Positions 1 to 8,467 of a stretch of 64,000 bases of DNA are shown piece after piece; positions within the stretch are counted from its first letter, which is position 1; the number at the start of each line of letters is the position of its first letter. The stretch is from Lachnospiraceae bacterium. Lineage in GTDB: Bacteria; Bacillota; Clostridia; Lachnospirales; Lachnospiraceae. Made by a program: the position numbers and the translations under genes. The stretch is from NCBI GenBank assembly GCA_022774705.1, contig JALFLM010000028.1, forward strand, positions 1,066 through 65,065, written 5' to 3'. The notes below the pieces were generated by a model. That model saw nothing but the letters and a program-made list of their open reading frames with translations. It had not been told where the DNA came from and searched no databases.

Positions 1-452
1 AGGCGTCCTGTGCCGTAATAAGCTATAACAGGAAGAATCAGTGCAGGATCTCCGGCTCTCAGCCTCTCCTGATATCCTTTTGCAATATCAGTCATATCCC
101 TGGCATCTTTGATTGTAGTGCTTCCTCCTTCTCCTTTCAGGGAGCGTTTCCATTCGACAGAAGTTCCGTTCTCTACACCGACTGCAGCGATTTCCACCGG
201 ATACTGCGGCTGAACATCCGATGAATTGCCGAGAAGATATGCTTTCAGGCGCGCATCTCTTTTACTGATACTGAGACCGGAAAGTCCATCCATTGCTGTA
301 AATAATGTCCCCATAGAAACAGCTGCACCTTCAAGAACAGAAGTTTTTCCGGCACCATTACTGCCGACAATAACGGATAATCTGTCATGAAAATCTATCG
401 TAATTTCCTCAAAGCATCTGAAATTCCTCAGTTTTAACGTTCTCAAATACAT
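1..452 (-). CDS. AAA/ABC-type ATPase with RecF/SMC-like N-terminus (5' part only; gene runs off the left window edge)
   Basis: Not in the ORF track because it is open at the edge. Minus-strand translation from ATG (450-452) gives MYLRTLKLRNFRCFEEITIDFHDRLSVIVGSNGAGKTSVLEGAAVSMG...LILPVIAYYGTGR. Walker A is GSNGAGKT. A GAGAGAGG RBS lies 7 nt upstream. Confidence 0.7.
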   Translation of the reverse strand, partial: MYLRTLKLRNFRCFEEITIDFHDRLSVIVGSNGAGKTSVLEGAAVSMGTLFTAMDGLSGLSISKRDARLKAYLLGNSSDVQPQYPVEIAAVGVENGTSVEWKRSLKGEGGSTTIKDARDMTDIAKGYQERLRAGDPALILPVIAYYGTGR

Positions 453-587
453 ACGGTAACCTCTCTCGATTTATTACAGGCAAAATGTTCATAAACATAT
501 AACACTATGATTTTTTGATTTCCTACCTTATAGTATAACACATACCCGCCTTTTTGTGCGCATAAAAATACACTTTTACATTCAGCG

Positions 588-623
588 AAAAGGCCGTGCG
601 GTCCCAAACCACAGCGGCCTTTT
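588..623 (-). terminator. Predicted hairpin terminator downstream of the 701-2665 gene
   Basis: AAAAGGCCG (588-596) pairs with CGGCCTTTT (615-623) around an 18-nt loop. On the minus strand the stem runs into a short U tract. Confidence 0.4.
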
Positions 624-700
624 CAGTTTCAGTTATATTTTAATTTCAGGGACTGCACAATCCATAAAATATTGTCCATTCCGAACCACGCTTCGTGTAA

Positions 701-2665
701 TCAGGCCGTTACTGCTACCTTATTTCTCTGAGCTTTGCCAGCCGCATCCGGCTTCACACCGGCATTAATCAAGCCGTTCACTTCTTCCGGTCTCCTGAAT
801 GTCGGTACCACATGCATCAATGCCTCTTTAACCATTTCATCATCACGTGTGCATGCTTTCTTCAGTATATCAAGCTTTTTGTTCAGCTGTTCCATGCTCA
901 GCGGTTCATCCCGTTCAATGAAGATCAGGCTGTTCTCGGTTCTGTCCAGTTCTTCCGTTCTGACCAGCAGCTCTTCATACAGCTTTTCACCCGGTCTCAG
1001 ACCGGTCTCGATGATTTCTATCCCTTCTGCTCCGCTGAGCTTGATCATATTCTCCGCAAGATCCAGTATTTTAACCGGCTTGCCCATGTCCAGCACAAAC
1101 AGTTCACCATTGTTGGCCATGGCTCCTGACTGGAGCACCAGCTGGCTGGCTTCGGGGATTGTCATAAAGTAGCGCACGATGCGTTTGTCTGTTACGGTTA
1201 CCGGTCCGCCGTTCATGATCTGTCGTTTAAACAGAGGAATCACGGAACCTGCCGAACCAAGTACATTGCCGAACCTTGTTGCGGAATATTTGACATTGCC
1301 CAGCGTACTGTAGGACATTGCAATCATCTCGCACATCCGTTTGGTGGCACCCATTACATTGGTGGGATTAACAGCCTTGTCTGTAGACACCATCATAAAT
1401 CGTTCCGCTTTGAATTTCTCACAGCACTGAACCACATTCAGGGTTCCGAATACATTATTCTCCACTGCTTCAATGCAGTTATGCTCCATCAGGGGAACAT
1501 GTTTATGGGCTGCGGCATTGATAACGATCTGGGGATGATACGTTTCAAATACTTTTTCCAGAGCTTTCCTGTTGGTGACCGATGCGATCTCAATCTTCAG
1601 ATCAATTCCATCACCATAGGCCATCTTCAGATCCTGCTGCACATCGTAAGCGCCATTCTCGTAGATATCGAGAATAATGATCTGCCGGGGCGCCATTTTT
1701 GCAATCTGCCGGCACAGCTCCGAACCGATGGAACCGCCTCCTCCGGTGATCAGTATGACCTTGTCTCTGTAATAGGCGTTGGTCTTCTCATCCGTAACAA
1801 CCAGCGGTTTCCGGAATAACAGTTCTTCCACATCAAATGCACGCAGCTGCCTCTTTTTCCCGGCATTCTGCATGGCGGGGAAATCATAGACCTTGACCTT
1901 GTATCCGGCTCCTGAATAATAACTGTAAAGTTTTTTCTTACCTGTCTCATCCATTCTGGGAACGGCGAATACCACTTCCTGAATCTCAAAGCGTTTCAGC
2001 TGTTCAGCGGTGGCATCATCCTCGGAAATAACCGGTATATTGTGTATGTTCCGTCCGATTTTTTCCTTTTTGATATCAATAAAGCATCTCGGTATGTAGG
2101 CAGACACCGGGTTGGACCACAGTTCTTCTGCCAGATTCACGCCTACACTTCCCGCACCGACGATGGCAATCTTGATCTTCTGAGAATCCACATCCGGTTC
2201 CGTACTCACTCTTCCTCCGGCAAATACTCTCAGCAGAAAGCGGAGAAACCTTCCCTGGTAATTATCCATGCTGCCGCACTTGTAGGCATACCGGTAAATC
2301 ATCCTGATTGCCAGGGATCCCAGCAGATTCATGCAGCAGAAAGCAATCAGCTTCGCCAGCATGATATGCTGAACAGGCAGCAGTCTCTCCAGACAGCAGT
2401 AACACAGAAAAGCCACAAAATCCGTTAACAGAAGACGTATATAGCACTGTATACCGCCGTATCTCCAGATCTGGCTGTAAATCTTTCCCACATATCTGCA
2501 TGTGAATATAGGAACAAATGCCAGCACACTCTGAACTATGACACCTGATAAATCAAGCGCACCGGAACCCTTGTATAAAACGAACAGCAGCACATCCACC
2601 AGCGCAAATATCACTATATCATAGGAAATCAATGACGCTTTGACTTCCAGCTGTTTCTTTCCCAT
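701..2665 (-). CDS. Membrane-anchored polysaccharide biosynthesis protein, CapD/PglF/WbpM-type UDP-sugar 4,6-dehydratase (paralog 2)
   Basis: 654-aa ORF with N-terminal hydrophobic segments. It has a GAGSVG Rossmann motif and a second ITGGGGSIGSEL motif. AAAHKHVPLME and STDKAVNPTNVMGATKR are signatures of the CapD family. GGAGGAG RBS. Confidence 0.9.
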   Translation of the reverse strand: MGKKQLEVKASLISYDIVIFALVDVLLFVLYKGSGALDLSGVIVQSVLAFVPIFTCRYVGKIYSQIWRYGGIQCYIRLLLTDFVAFLCYCCLERLLPVQHIMLAKLIAFCCMNLLGSLAIRMIYRYAYKCGSMDNYQGRFLRFLLRVFAGGRVSTEPDVDSQKIKIAIVGAGSVGVNLAEELWSNPVSAYIPRCFIDIKKEKIGRNIHNIPVISEDDATAEQLKRFEIQEVVFAVPRMDETGKKKLYSYYSGAGYKVKVYDFPAMQNAGKKRQLRAFDVEELLFRKPLVVTDEKTNAYYRDKVILITGGGGSIGSELCRQIAKMAPRQIIILDIYENGAYDVQQDLKMAYGDGIDLKIEIASVTNRKALEKVFETYHPQIVINAAAHKHVPLMEHNCIEAVENNVFGTLNVVQCCEKFKAERFMMVSTDKAVNPTNVMGATKRMCEMIAMSYSTLGNVKYSATRFGNVLGSAGSVIPLFKRQIMNGGPVTVTDKRIVRYFMTIPEASQLVLQSGAMANNGELFVLDMGKPVKILDLAENMIKLSGAEGIEIIETGLRPGEKLYEELLVRTEELDRTENSLIFIERDEPLSMEQLNKKLDILKKACTRDDEMVKEALMHVVPTFRRPEEVNGLINAGVKPDAAGKAQRNKVAVTA

Positions 2666-2984
2666 AGAATGAATCTCCTCCGTAACTTTTATACTCTCTG
2701 CAGTTCTTTACAGCATAGAGCAGAGAAATATCAGAATAATTTAATCCATTTAAGCCTATTTTATTTATTGTACTATCCTTTTTTCTAATTTTCTACACAA
2801 TTATTCACAAATTATTCACACCATTTTTGTGCTCATTTCCCAATGTTTTCTCTGCTGATAAAGAGTATATCAATTCAGAAGACAAATATAATTGTTTTTA
2901 GCGTAGTAAATACTGTGACGAGGCGTTGTATTGTCTGCAGCAGAACAGCTCATCCTCTTCGCATCTGCACTTTCAAAGCAGATA

Positions 2985-3030
2985 AAAGTCCGGGAATACC
3001 CGGTCTACTGACCGAATATCCCGGACCTTT
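2985..3030 (-). terminator. Predicted terminator after the 173-aa secreted-protein gene
   Basis: AAAGTCCGGG (2985-2994) pairs with CCCGGACCTTT (3020-3030). On the minus strand the stem is followed by TTTTATCTG. Confidence 0.4.
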
Positions 3031-3070
3031 ATGAAGATAGATGGGTGACTGGAATTAAAGTGAAAATCAA

Positions 3071-3592
3071 TTAAAAAGTGAAATCCAAAGTAACATTATT
3101 TCTGGTTTCTGTATAACTGCCGTTAATAATATAATGAGTTCCTTTCATGCGATAAACTCTACCTATTACACCCGAACAGGAAAATGACCCCTGATAAGCA
3201 GATTCATTCGTCCAATAACGATTATCCAGAGTAATAATATCATGCCAAATTCCAAGGGAACCTTTATACTGTAATTTAATATTTTTTAATCCGATTTTGT
3301 CAACAGAATGTGTATAAGACGTTGAATACATAGAGACTAATTTACTTCCAGATTTACATAATCTAATAACACCAACCATATTTGTTCGTACGTTCTCTCC
3401 AACATTATAGATTCCGTCTACGTATTCGTCAAAGTCATTAATATTGTCCCAATAATCACCACCCTCACTAAAACTTGTTGTTTCCACCTCTATGGATTCT
3501 TCATCACTTTCTGCAAAAGCTGTCAACCCCATACTACATACTAAAATAATCAGACAGATAACACATGTACTATTTTTTATTAATTTTTTCAT
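3071..3592 (-). CDS. Secreted hypothetical protein (signal peptide, acidic N-region, beta-rich C-terminal domain)
   Basis: 173-aa ORF. MKKLIKNSTCVICLIILVCSMGLTAFA looks like a signal peptide with an AFA-E cleavage site. AGGAGG RBS. The DNA is very AT-rich. It overlaps the end of the upstream gene by 23 nt. Confidence 0.7.
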   Translation of the reverse strand: MKKLIKNSTCVICLIILVCSMGLTAFAESDEESIEVETTSFSEGGDYWDNINDFDEYVDGIYNVGENVRTNMVGVIRLCKSGSKLVSMYSTSYTHSVDKIGLKNIKLQYKGSLGIWHDIITLDNRYWTNESAYQGSFSCSGVIGRVYRMKGTHYIINGSYTETRNNVTLDFTF

Positions 3593-4415
3593 AATTTTCC
3601 ATTCCTCCTAATATAGATTTCATTACGTCTTCTTCAGAATCGCCTACATATACCAAATACCACCATCCATTATATTCAAACGCTACAAGATATTCATTAT
3701 CTTCCATGATGAATACTTTGGCTTCGAGTTCATTAGCAATTTTTATTGGCTTCCCTTCTTCAATTTTCGTGCCAGTTAACCCAGCCAAATCATTTTCTGT
3801 TTTTTTATACATGGCAATGCTTATGATATCATCCGATAATTTATTACCATACTTCCACATATAACTGGCCGTATTTTCAGCCTCTGTAGATAATATTCTT
3901 CTTAATTCCACCCCTTCCGGCAGCCACGTACACACCAGAAAATCATCTCCGAATTCTTCTGCAAATTCTTCTACTGTAGTGAATATCCTGGTTTCATTCT
4001 CCTGAAAATCCTCCAGTTCCACTTCAGTACTTTCTCCGGGCAGGATTGCCATCTGATTCGTCCACAGATTCAGCACATGGAAGAGACTTTCATCCATAAA
4101 GGCATATGTAGTAATATCCGCCACCAGTACGATTGCCAGCATGGCTGCCACGGCCCGGGCAATCCGTCTGCCGGTTGTGTGCTGTTTTTTCTTTTTCTTT
4201 TCTGCTGTGAGCGTCCTGAACCGCTGTTCAAATGCTTCCCGGGCGCTTTCCAGTTCCTGTTCATCACTTCCTTCCTCCAGTTCGATCATTTTCACCAGTG
4301 TTTCCACCTTTTCAGGGGAGTATTCCGATACATCCTTTTCAAAGGTTTCGATATACAGTTGTTCCTTTACCGATCTCAGAAATTCTTTTTCATCTTGATT
4401 TTGTTTTTTACTCAT
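3570..4415 (-). CDS. Putative anti-sigma factor (single TM segment, DUF4367-like extracytoplasmic domain)
   Basis: 281-aa ORF with an acidic cytoplasmic N-half, a KKKKK stop-transfer and TM segment (ARAVAAMLAIVLVADITTYAF). The C-terminal ...YLVAFEYNGWWYLVYVG motif resembles Clostridial DUF4367 anti-sigma partners. ATGA overlap with the sigma-like gene. Confidence 0.65.
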   Translation of the reverse strand: MSKKQNQDEKEFLRSVKEQLYIETFEKDVSEYSPEKVETLVKMIELEEGSDEQELESAREAFEQRFRTLTAEKKKKKQHTTGRRIARAVAAMLAIVLVADITTYAFMDESLFHVLNLWTNQMAILPGESTEVELEDFQENETRIFTTVEEFAEEFGDDFLVCTWLPEGVELRRILSTEAENTASYMWKYGNKLSDDIISIAMYKKTENDLAGLTGTKIEEGKPIKIANELEAKVFIMEDNEYLVAFEYNGWWYLVYVGDSEEDVMKSILGGMENYEKINKK

Positions 4416-4741
4416 CTCATTTCCTCATATTGTCTGATTATTTTTTGGATTGCTTCAGGATCAAGCGTATCTGGTGAATGGTATTTCTCCACTATGTTTT
4501 CGCCCCGCTCCCAGCTGCTGTATATCTCTTTCAGTATAAAGTAGCGGGCAGTCTGAAGGATCCAGCCCCTGACGTCTTTCGTCCTTCTGAATTTCCGGAT
4601 ATTCCTGTGAACAGCTTCAAAGGTTCTGTCTGCTACCTTTTCAGCCAGAGAGCGGTCATTGCATACATAATAGGCATAATGATAAACCAGACTGAAGTAT
4701 TGCTTTATCCACTTCTGCATAAAAGCCCAATCATTTTTCAT
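4412..4741 (-). CDS. Sigma-70 family-like protein containing only a region-2-like segment (no region 4 HTH)
   Basis: 109-aa ORF. YFSLVYHYAYYVCNDRSLAEKVADRTFEAVHRNIRKF...RGWILQTARYFILKE resembles ECF sigma region 2. The ORF ends by overlapping the anti-sigma-like start. GGAG RBS. Confidence 0.55.
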   Translation of the reverse strand: MKNDWAFMQKWIKQYFSLVYHYAYYVCNDRSLAEKVADRTFEAVHRNIRKFRRTKDVRGWILQTARYFILKEIYSSWERGENIVEKYHSPDTLDPEAIQKIIRQYEEMR

Positions 4742-4952
4742 AGTTTTACTCCATTATCATTTGCGTTTTTTCTCCGGTATCAGTTCCGGAGAGTTTTGTA
4801 TCAACCCTTTCCGCAACATAAATACCCCTTTAATTATATATCCCGAAAAAAGGCCAAAAGGTAACGCGTTTTTTTAAAGTGGTTAAAAAATATCTGTCAG
4901 ATAATATCAGATTTAATCTAACCGGAGTTTTCCTTCATCATTTTCCCGTCAT

Positions 4953-4994
4953 AACAAAACAAGCTGCCCGATTCACATCTCTGCCGGGCAGCTG
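4953..4994 (-). terminator. Predicted rho-independent terminator after capD-like paralog 1
   Basis: AAGCTGCCCG (4961-4970) pairs with CGGGCAGCT (4985-4993). On the minus strand it is followed by TTGTTTTGTT. Confidence 0.55.
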
Positions 4995-5010
4995 CTTCTT
5001 AGCTTCAGAT

Positions 5011-6909
5011 TCATCTGACGCTTTTCTCTTCATAATGGTAGGTATCTACCAGTTCTTTTATCCGGAGCCGGATATCGGGGCCGTCCTCACAGGCTGCGCG
5101 GATCAGTTTTTCCACTCCCGGAAGGAATGTGTCTTCATCCATCTCTATGGGGCGTCCGATGTGGATCAGTTTATTGGGCGTGTCCCGCATGCCTTCCTCA
5201 TCCATCAGAAGCTCTTCATACAGCTTCTCGCCGGGACGCAGGCCTGTGATTCTGATTTCGATGTCTATGCCCGGCCTGAAGCCTGCAAGACGGATCATTT
5301 TCTCCGCCAGATCGTATATTCTCACCGGATCTCCCATATCCAGAACGAAGATTTCTCCGCCTCCGGCATAGGCACCTGCCTGCAGCACCAGTGCCACTGC
5401 TTCTGAGATCAGCATAAAGTAGCGGATTATGTCCGGGTGGGTGACCGTTACGGGGCCTCCTTCCCGGATCTGCTGGCGGAACTGCGGGATTACACTGCCG
5501 TTGCTGCCCAGTACATTGCCGAAACGTACCGCTGCGTATTCGGTTTCCGAACGCCGGTTGTATGTCTGAACGAGCATTTCACAGATTCTCTTGGTGGCCC
5601 CCATCACATTGGTGGGATTCACCGCTTTATCTGTTGATATCAGTACAAAACGCTTCACCTTCCATTCATCTGCAAGGCGTACCATATTGTAAGTTCCGCC
5701 CACATTGTTTTTTACGGCTTCATTGGGACTGTCTTCCATCAGCGGTACGTGCTTGTGCGCTGCTGCATGGAAGATAATGTCCGGGCGGCAGGTCTCAAAG
5801 ATCTGATTCATACGGTGATAGTCCCGTACGGAAGCGATCTGAACCTGCAGATCCAGGTTCGGATACTTCCGCTTCAGCTCCTGCTGGATCGTAAATGCAT
5901 TGTTTTCATAGATATCCACAATAACCAGACGCCTGATGGGATGTGCTGCCAGCTGACGGCACAGTTCACTGCCGATGGAACCGCCTCCTCCGGTTACCAT
6001 AATTGTTTTATCCGTCACATAGTCAATGATGGATTCCGTATCCAGTTCTGCCGGTTCTCTTCCCAGCAGATCCTCGATCTCTACTCTTTTCAGTTTGGAA
6101 ACACTTACATCGCCCCTGATGATCTGGTACAGGCCGGGTACCGTCATCAGTTCACAGCCGGTCTGCTGGCATATCTCCAGAATCTTCCTGACTTCGCTTC
6201 GATTTACCGACGGCATGGCAATGATGATCTGGTCAATTCCGTATTTTTTAGCCATTTCGCAGATCCTGCTCCGGTTTCCCACCACCGGTACGTTCTGGAT
6301 ATAACGGCCTTTTTTGTTGGGATCGTCGTCGATGACACAGCATACCTGACGGTTCAGAAAACCGCTGTTGCGGATTTCCTTGATCAGCATGATGCAGGCC
6401 TGTCCGCCGCCTACGATCATGATGCTTTTCGGTTTTGCAGACATCATGCTGTTGTCCGGATCATTCTCCATATGTTTCCGGCTGTAGAGACGTAGCAGCC
6501 GGTATCCCAGCCGGAAGACCATGGTCATCACTGCCATGATTCCATTGGACATCACATAATAGCTTCCCGGTACCGGCATATCCATAATATGCATGCCGGC
6601 ATACTGTACAGCCGCCCCGATCATGCAGGCCCAGACAATATTCATGCATTCCCTGTAACCTGCATACTCCCACAGGCTCTGGTAGATGTGAAACAGGCCA
6701 TATAAAATCAGGATCGTGATGGTCTGAAACGGTGAATATTTCAGAAAAGAAGTCAGAAATAAAGGATCGATCTCCTGGGAAATCATGTCGAAGCGAATTG
6801 CCAGCGCCAGATATCCGGAAACAAGTACACATATGATGTCCAGAAGCATCAGCAGAACCATGCGGCTCTGTCTGACAGGATTTTCGTATATCTTTTTAAT
6901 TATATTCAT
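5011..6909 (-). CDS. Membrane-anchored polysaccharide biosynthesis protein, CapD/PglF/WbpM-type UDP-sugar 4,6-dehydratase (paralog 1)
   Basis: 632-aa ORF with the same architecture and motifs as 701-2665 (VTGGGGSIGSEL, AAAHKHVPLME, STDKAVNPTNVMGATKR). By eye the catalytic half is roughly 55-60% identical. Confidence 0.9.
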   Translation of the reverse strand: MNIIKKIYENPVRQSRMVLLMLLDIICVLVSGYLALAIRFDMISQEIDPLFLTSFLKYSPFQTITILILYGLFHIYQSLWEYAGYRECMNIVWACMIGAAVQYAGMHIMDMPVPGSYYVMSNGIMAVMTMVFRLGYRLLRLYSRKHMENDPDNSMMSAKPKSIMIVGGGQACIMLIKEIRNSGFLNRQVCCVIDDDPNKKGRYIQNVPVVGNRSRICEMAKKYGIDQIIIAMPSVNRSEVRKILEICQQTGCELMTVPGLYQIIRGDVSVSKLKRVEIEDLLGREPAELDTESIIDYVTDKTIMVTGGGGSIGSELCRQLAAHPIRRLVIVDIYENNAFTIQQELKRKYPNLDLQVQIASVRDYHRMNQIFETCRPDIIFHAAAHKHVPLMEDSPNEAVKNNVGGTYNMVRLADEWKVKRFVLISTDKAVNPTNVMGATKRICEMLVQTYNRRSETEYAAVRFGNVLGSNGSVIPQFRQQIREGGPVTVTHPDIIRYFMLISEAVALVLQAGAYAGGGEIFVLDMGDPVRIYDLAEKMIRLAGFRPGIDIEIRITGLRPGEKLYEELLMDEEGMRDTPNKLIHIGRPIEMDEDTFLPGVEKLIRAACEDGPDIRLRIKELVDTYHYEEKSVR

Positions 6910-6967
6910 GGCTTTTCCTTTCCCGGATTCCGGCTTTTAAACGGTTGATTCCGGCTTTCAGCAGGTT

Positions 6968-8464
6968 TTATCCGTATTTGCCTCGGCTTCCGTATTTACC
7001 GTAGCCATACTTTCCGTATTTACCATAGCCGTACTTTCCGTATTTACCGTAGTGTCCGTAGCGGCTGCCGTAACCGGTGCTGCCTTCTGCTGCATCATTC
7101 AGTATGGTCCCCAGTATCCGGCATCCGTTTTCCCCGATCTGTGAAAGCCCTTCAAGGATCAGATGGCGTCTTGCGCAGTCACACCGCACCACATAAATGC
7201 ATCCGTCCGCATATTTTCCCAGAGCCATGGAGTCTCCCAACACCATTACAGGGGGTGTATCAACTATGACGTAGTCCGCATAGTCACGCACCTTGTCCAG
7301 AAAATCCTTCATGGCGGCACAGGAAAGCAGATCGGTGGATCTGCTGGTTGTTTCTCCCGCTGTGAGCACATAGAGGCCTGTATCCGGCAGCTCAGTGATG
7401 GCATCCTCCGCCGGGCATCTGCCCGTAAGCACTTCAGACAATCCATCTCTCTTTTCATCCATCTGCAGGATTCCCGCCACGGAGGGATTGCGCATATCTC
7501 CGTCCACAAGGAGGATCTTACGCCCCGACTCTGCAAGGGACATGGCCAGATTGACTGCCGTTGTTGTTTTTCCTTCTCCGGGAATCGTGCTGGTTACCAG
7601 TACAACTCTGCTGTCGTTTTTCTCCGCCTCCCGTTCAAATCTGGTTCGGACCGTGCGCAGGGACTCCCGGAATCCGAAGGGGACCCGGGGATTATCCATG
7701 GTCAGCTGATTTCTCCTGTGTTTTTTCCGCTTCTTGAATTTTACAGCAGGAAGCACACCCAGATTGACCGCATTCAGATACTGTTTCAGTTCCTCCCTGC
7801 TGGAAATGGTATGTATGGTCAATCCGTACAGGAGAATCGGTACCAGTACCGCCAGATAGACTTTTCCTGCAGATTTTACCGAATTTCTGATGATCGTAAG
7901 CTCGGAGGGTTTTGAATTGACCGGTTCTTCCGGAATTCCCATGTCCTTGAACAGGGTAAATTCCGTCGGTCCCACGATAAAACTCAGCGTATCGGGAAAA
8001 ACCTCCAGAACCGCTTCAAGCAGCTCGTGGATTTCCTCCGGGCTGCTTCCGGTAACGGTAAATGTCAGCAGGTTGGTGCCGGAATCCACTTCCAGATCCA
8101 CTGTCCCCGGCAGGTCCTCCCTCCCCAGCTTATTCTCAATGGCATCGGTCAGAACGCCGTTCTGCATGAGGTAGGGAAAAACTTCTGCCATCTGTTCGGC
8201 ACTTAACATATCCTGATAGGAACCGTTTTCACCGGAGGCCATGCTCACATAGACCGTAGCCGAGGTTTTATACCAGGGCGTATAGCTCCTGTCCGCACAC
8301 CGGTAACTCCATATCCCGGCTGCTGCTGCAAAGATCAGCGGTATCCACCAGCCTGCCCGGAATCCTTTCCATAAATCGGAAAAAAGCTGAAACAGATCGA
8401 TTTTATCTTCTTCATTCCATGAATCTGTTTTGCGGGGGGATGTATTCACAGTATTGTTATCCAT
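6968..8464 (-). CDS. Fused Wzz-like chain-length determinant / BY-type protein tyrosine kinase (copy 2)
   Basis: 498-aa ORF. The N-terminal half has two TM segments. The kinase half has Walker A PGEGKTT, A' LLVDGDMRNP and B VIVDTPP. The C-terminal tail GYGSRYGHYGKYGKYGYGKYGKYGYGKYGSRGKYG carries 11 Tyr. AAGGAGGAGGAG RBS. Confidence 0.85.
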   Translation of the reverse strand: MDNNTVNTSPRKTDSWNEEDKIDLFQLFSDLWKGFRAGWWIPLIFAAAAGIWSYRCADRSYTPWYKTSATVYVSMASGENGSYQDMLSAEQMAEVFPYLMQNGVLTDAIENKLGREDLPGTVDLEVDSGTNLLTFTVTGSSPEEIHELLEAVLEVFPDTLSFIVGPTEFTLFKDMGIPEEPVNSKPSELTIIRNSVKSAGKVYLAVLVPILLYGLTIHTISSREELKQYLNAVNLGVLPAVKFKKRKKHRRNQLTMDNPRVPFGFRESLRTVRTRFEREAEKNDSRVVLVTSTIPGEGKTTTAVNLAMSLAESGRKILLVDGDMRNPSVAGILQMDEKRDGLSEVLTGRCPAEDAITELPDTGLYVLTAGETTSRSTDLLSCAAMKDFLDKVRDYADYVIVDTPPVMVLGDSMALGKYADGCIYVVRCDCARRHLILEGLSQIGENGCRILGTILNDAAEGSTGYGSRYGHYGKYGKYGYGKYGKYGYGKYGSRGKYG

Positions 8465-8467
8465 ACG

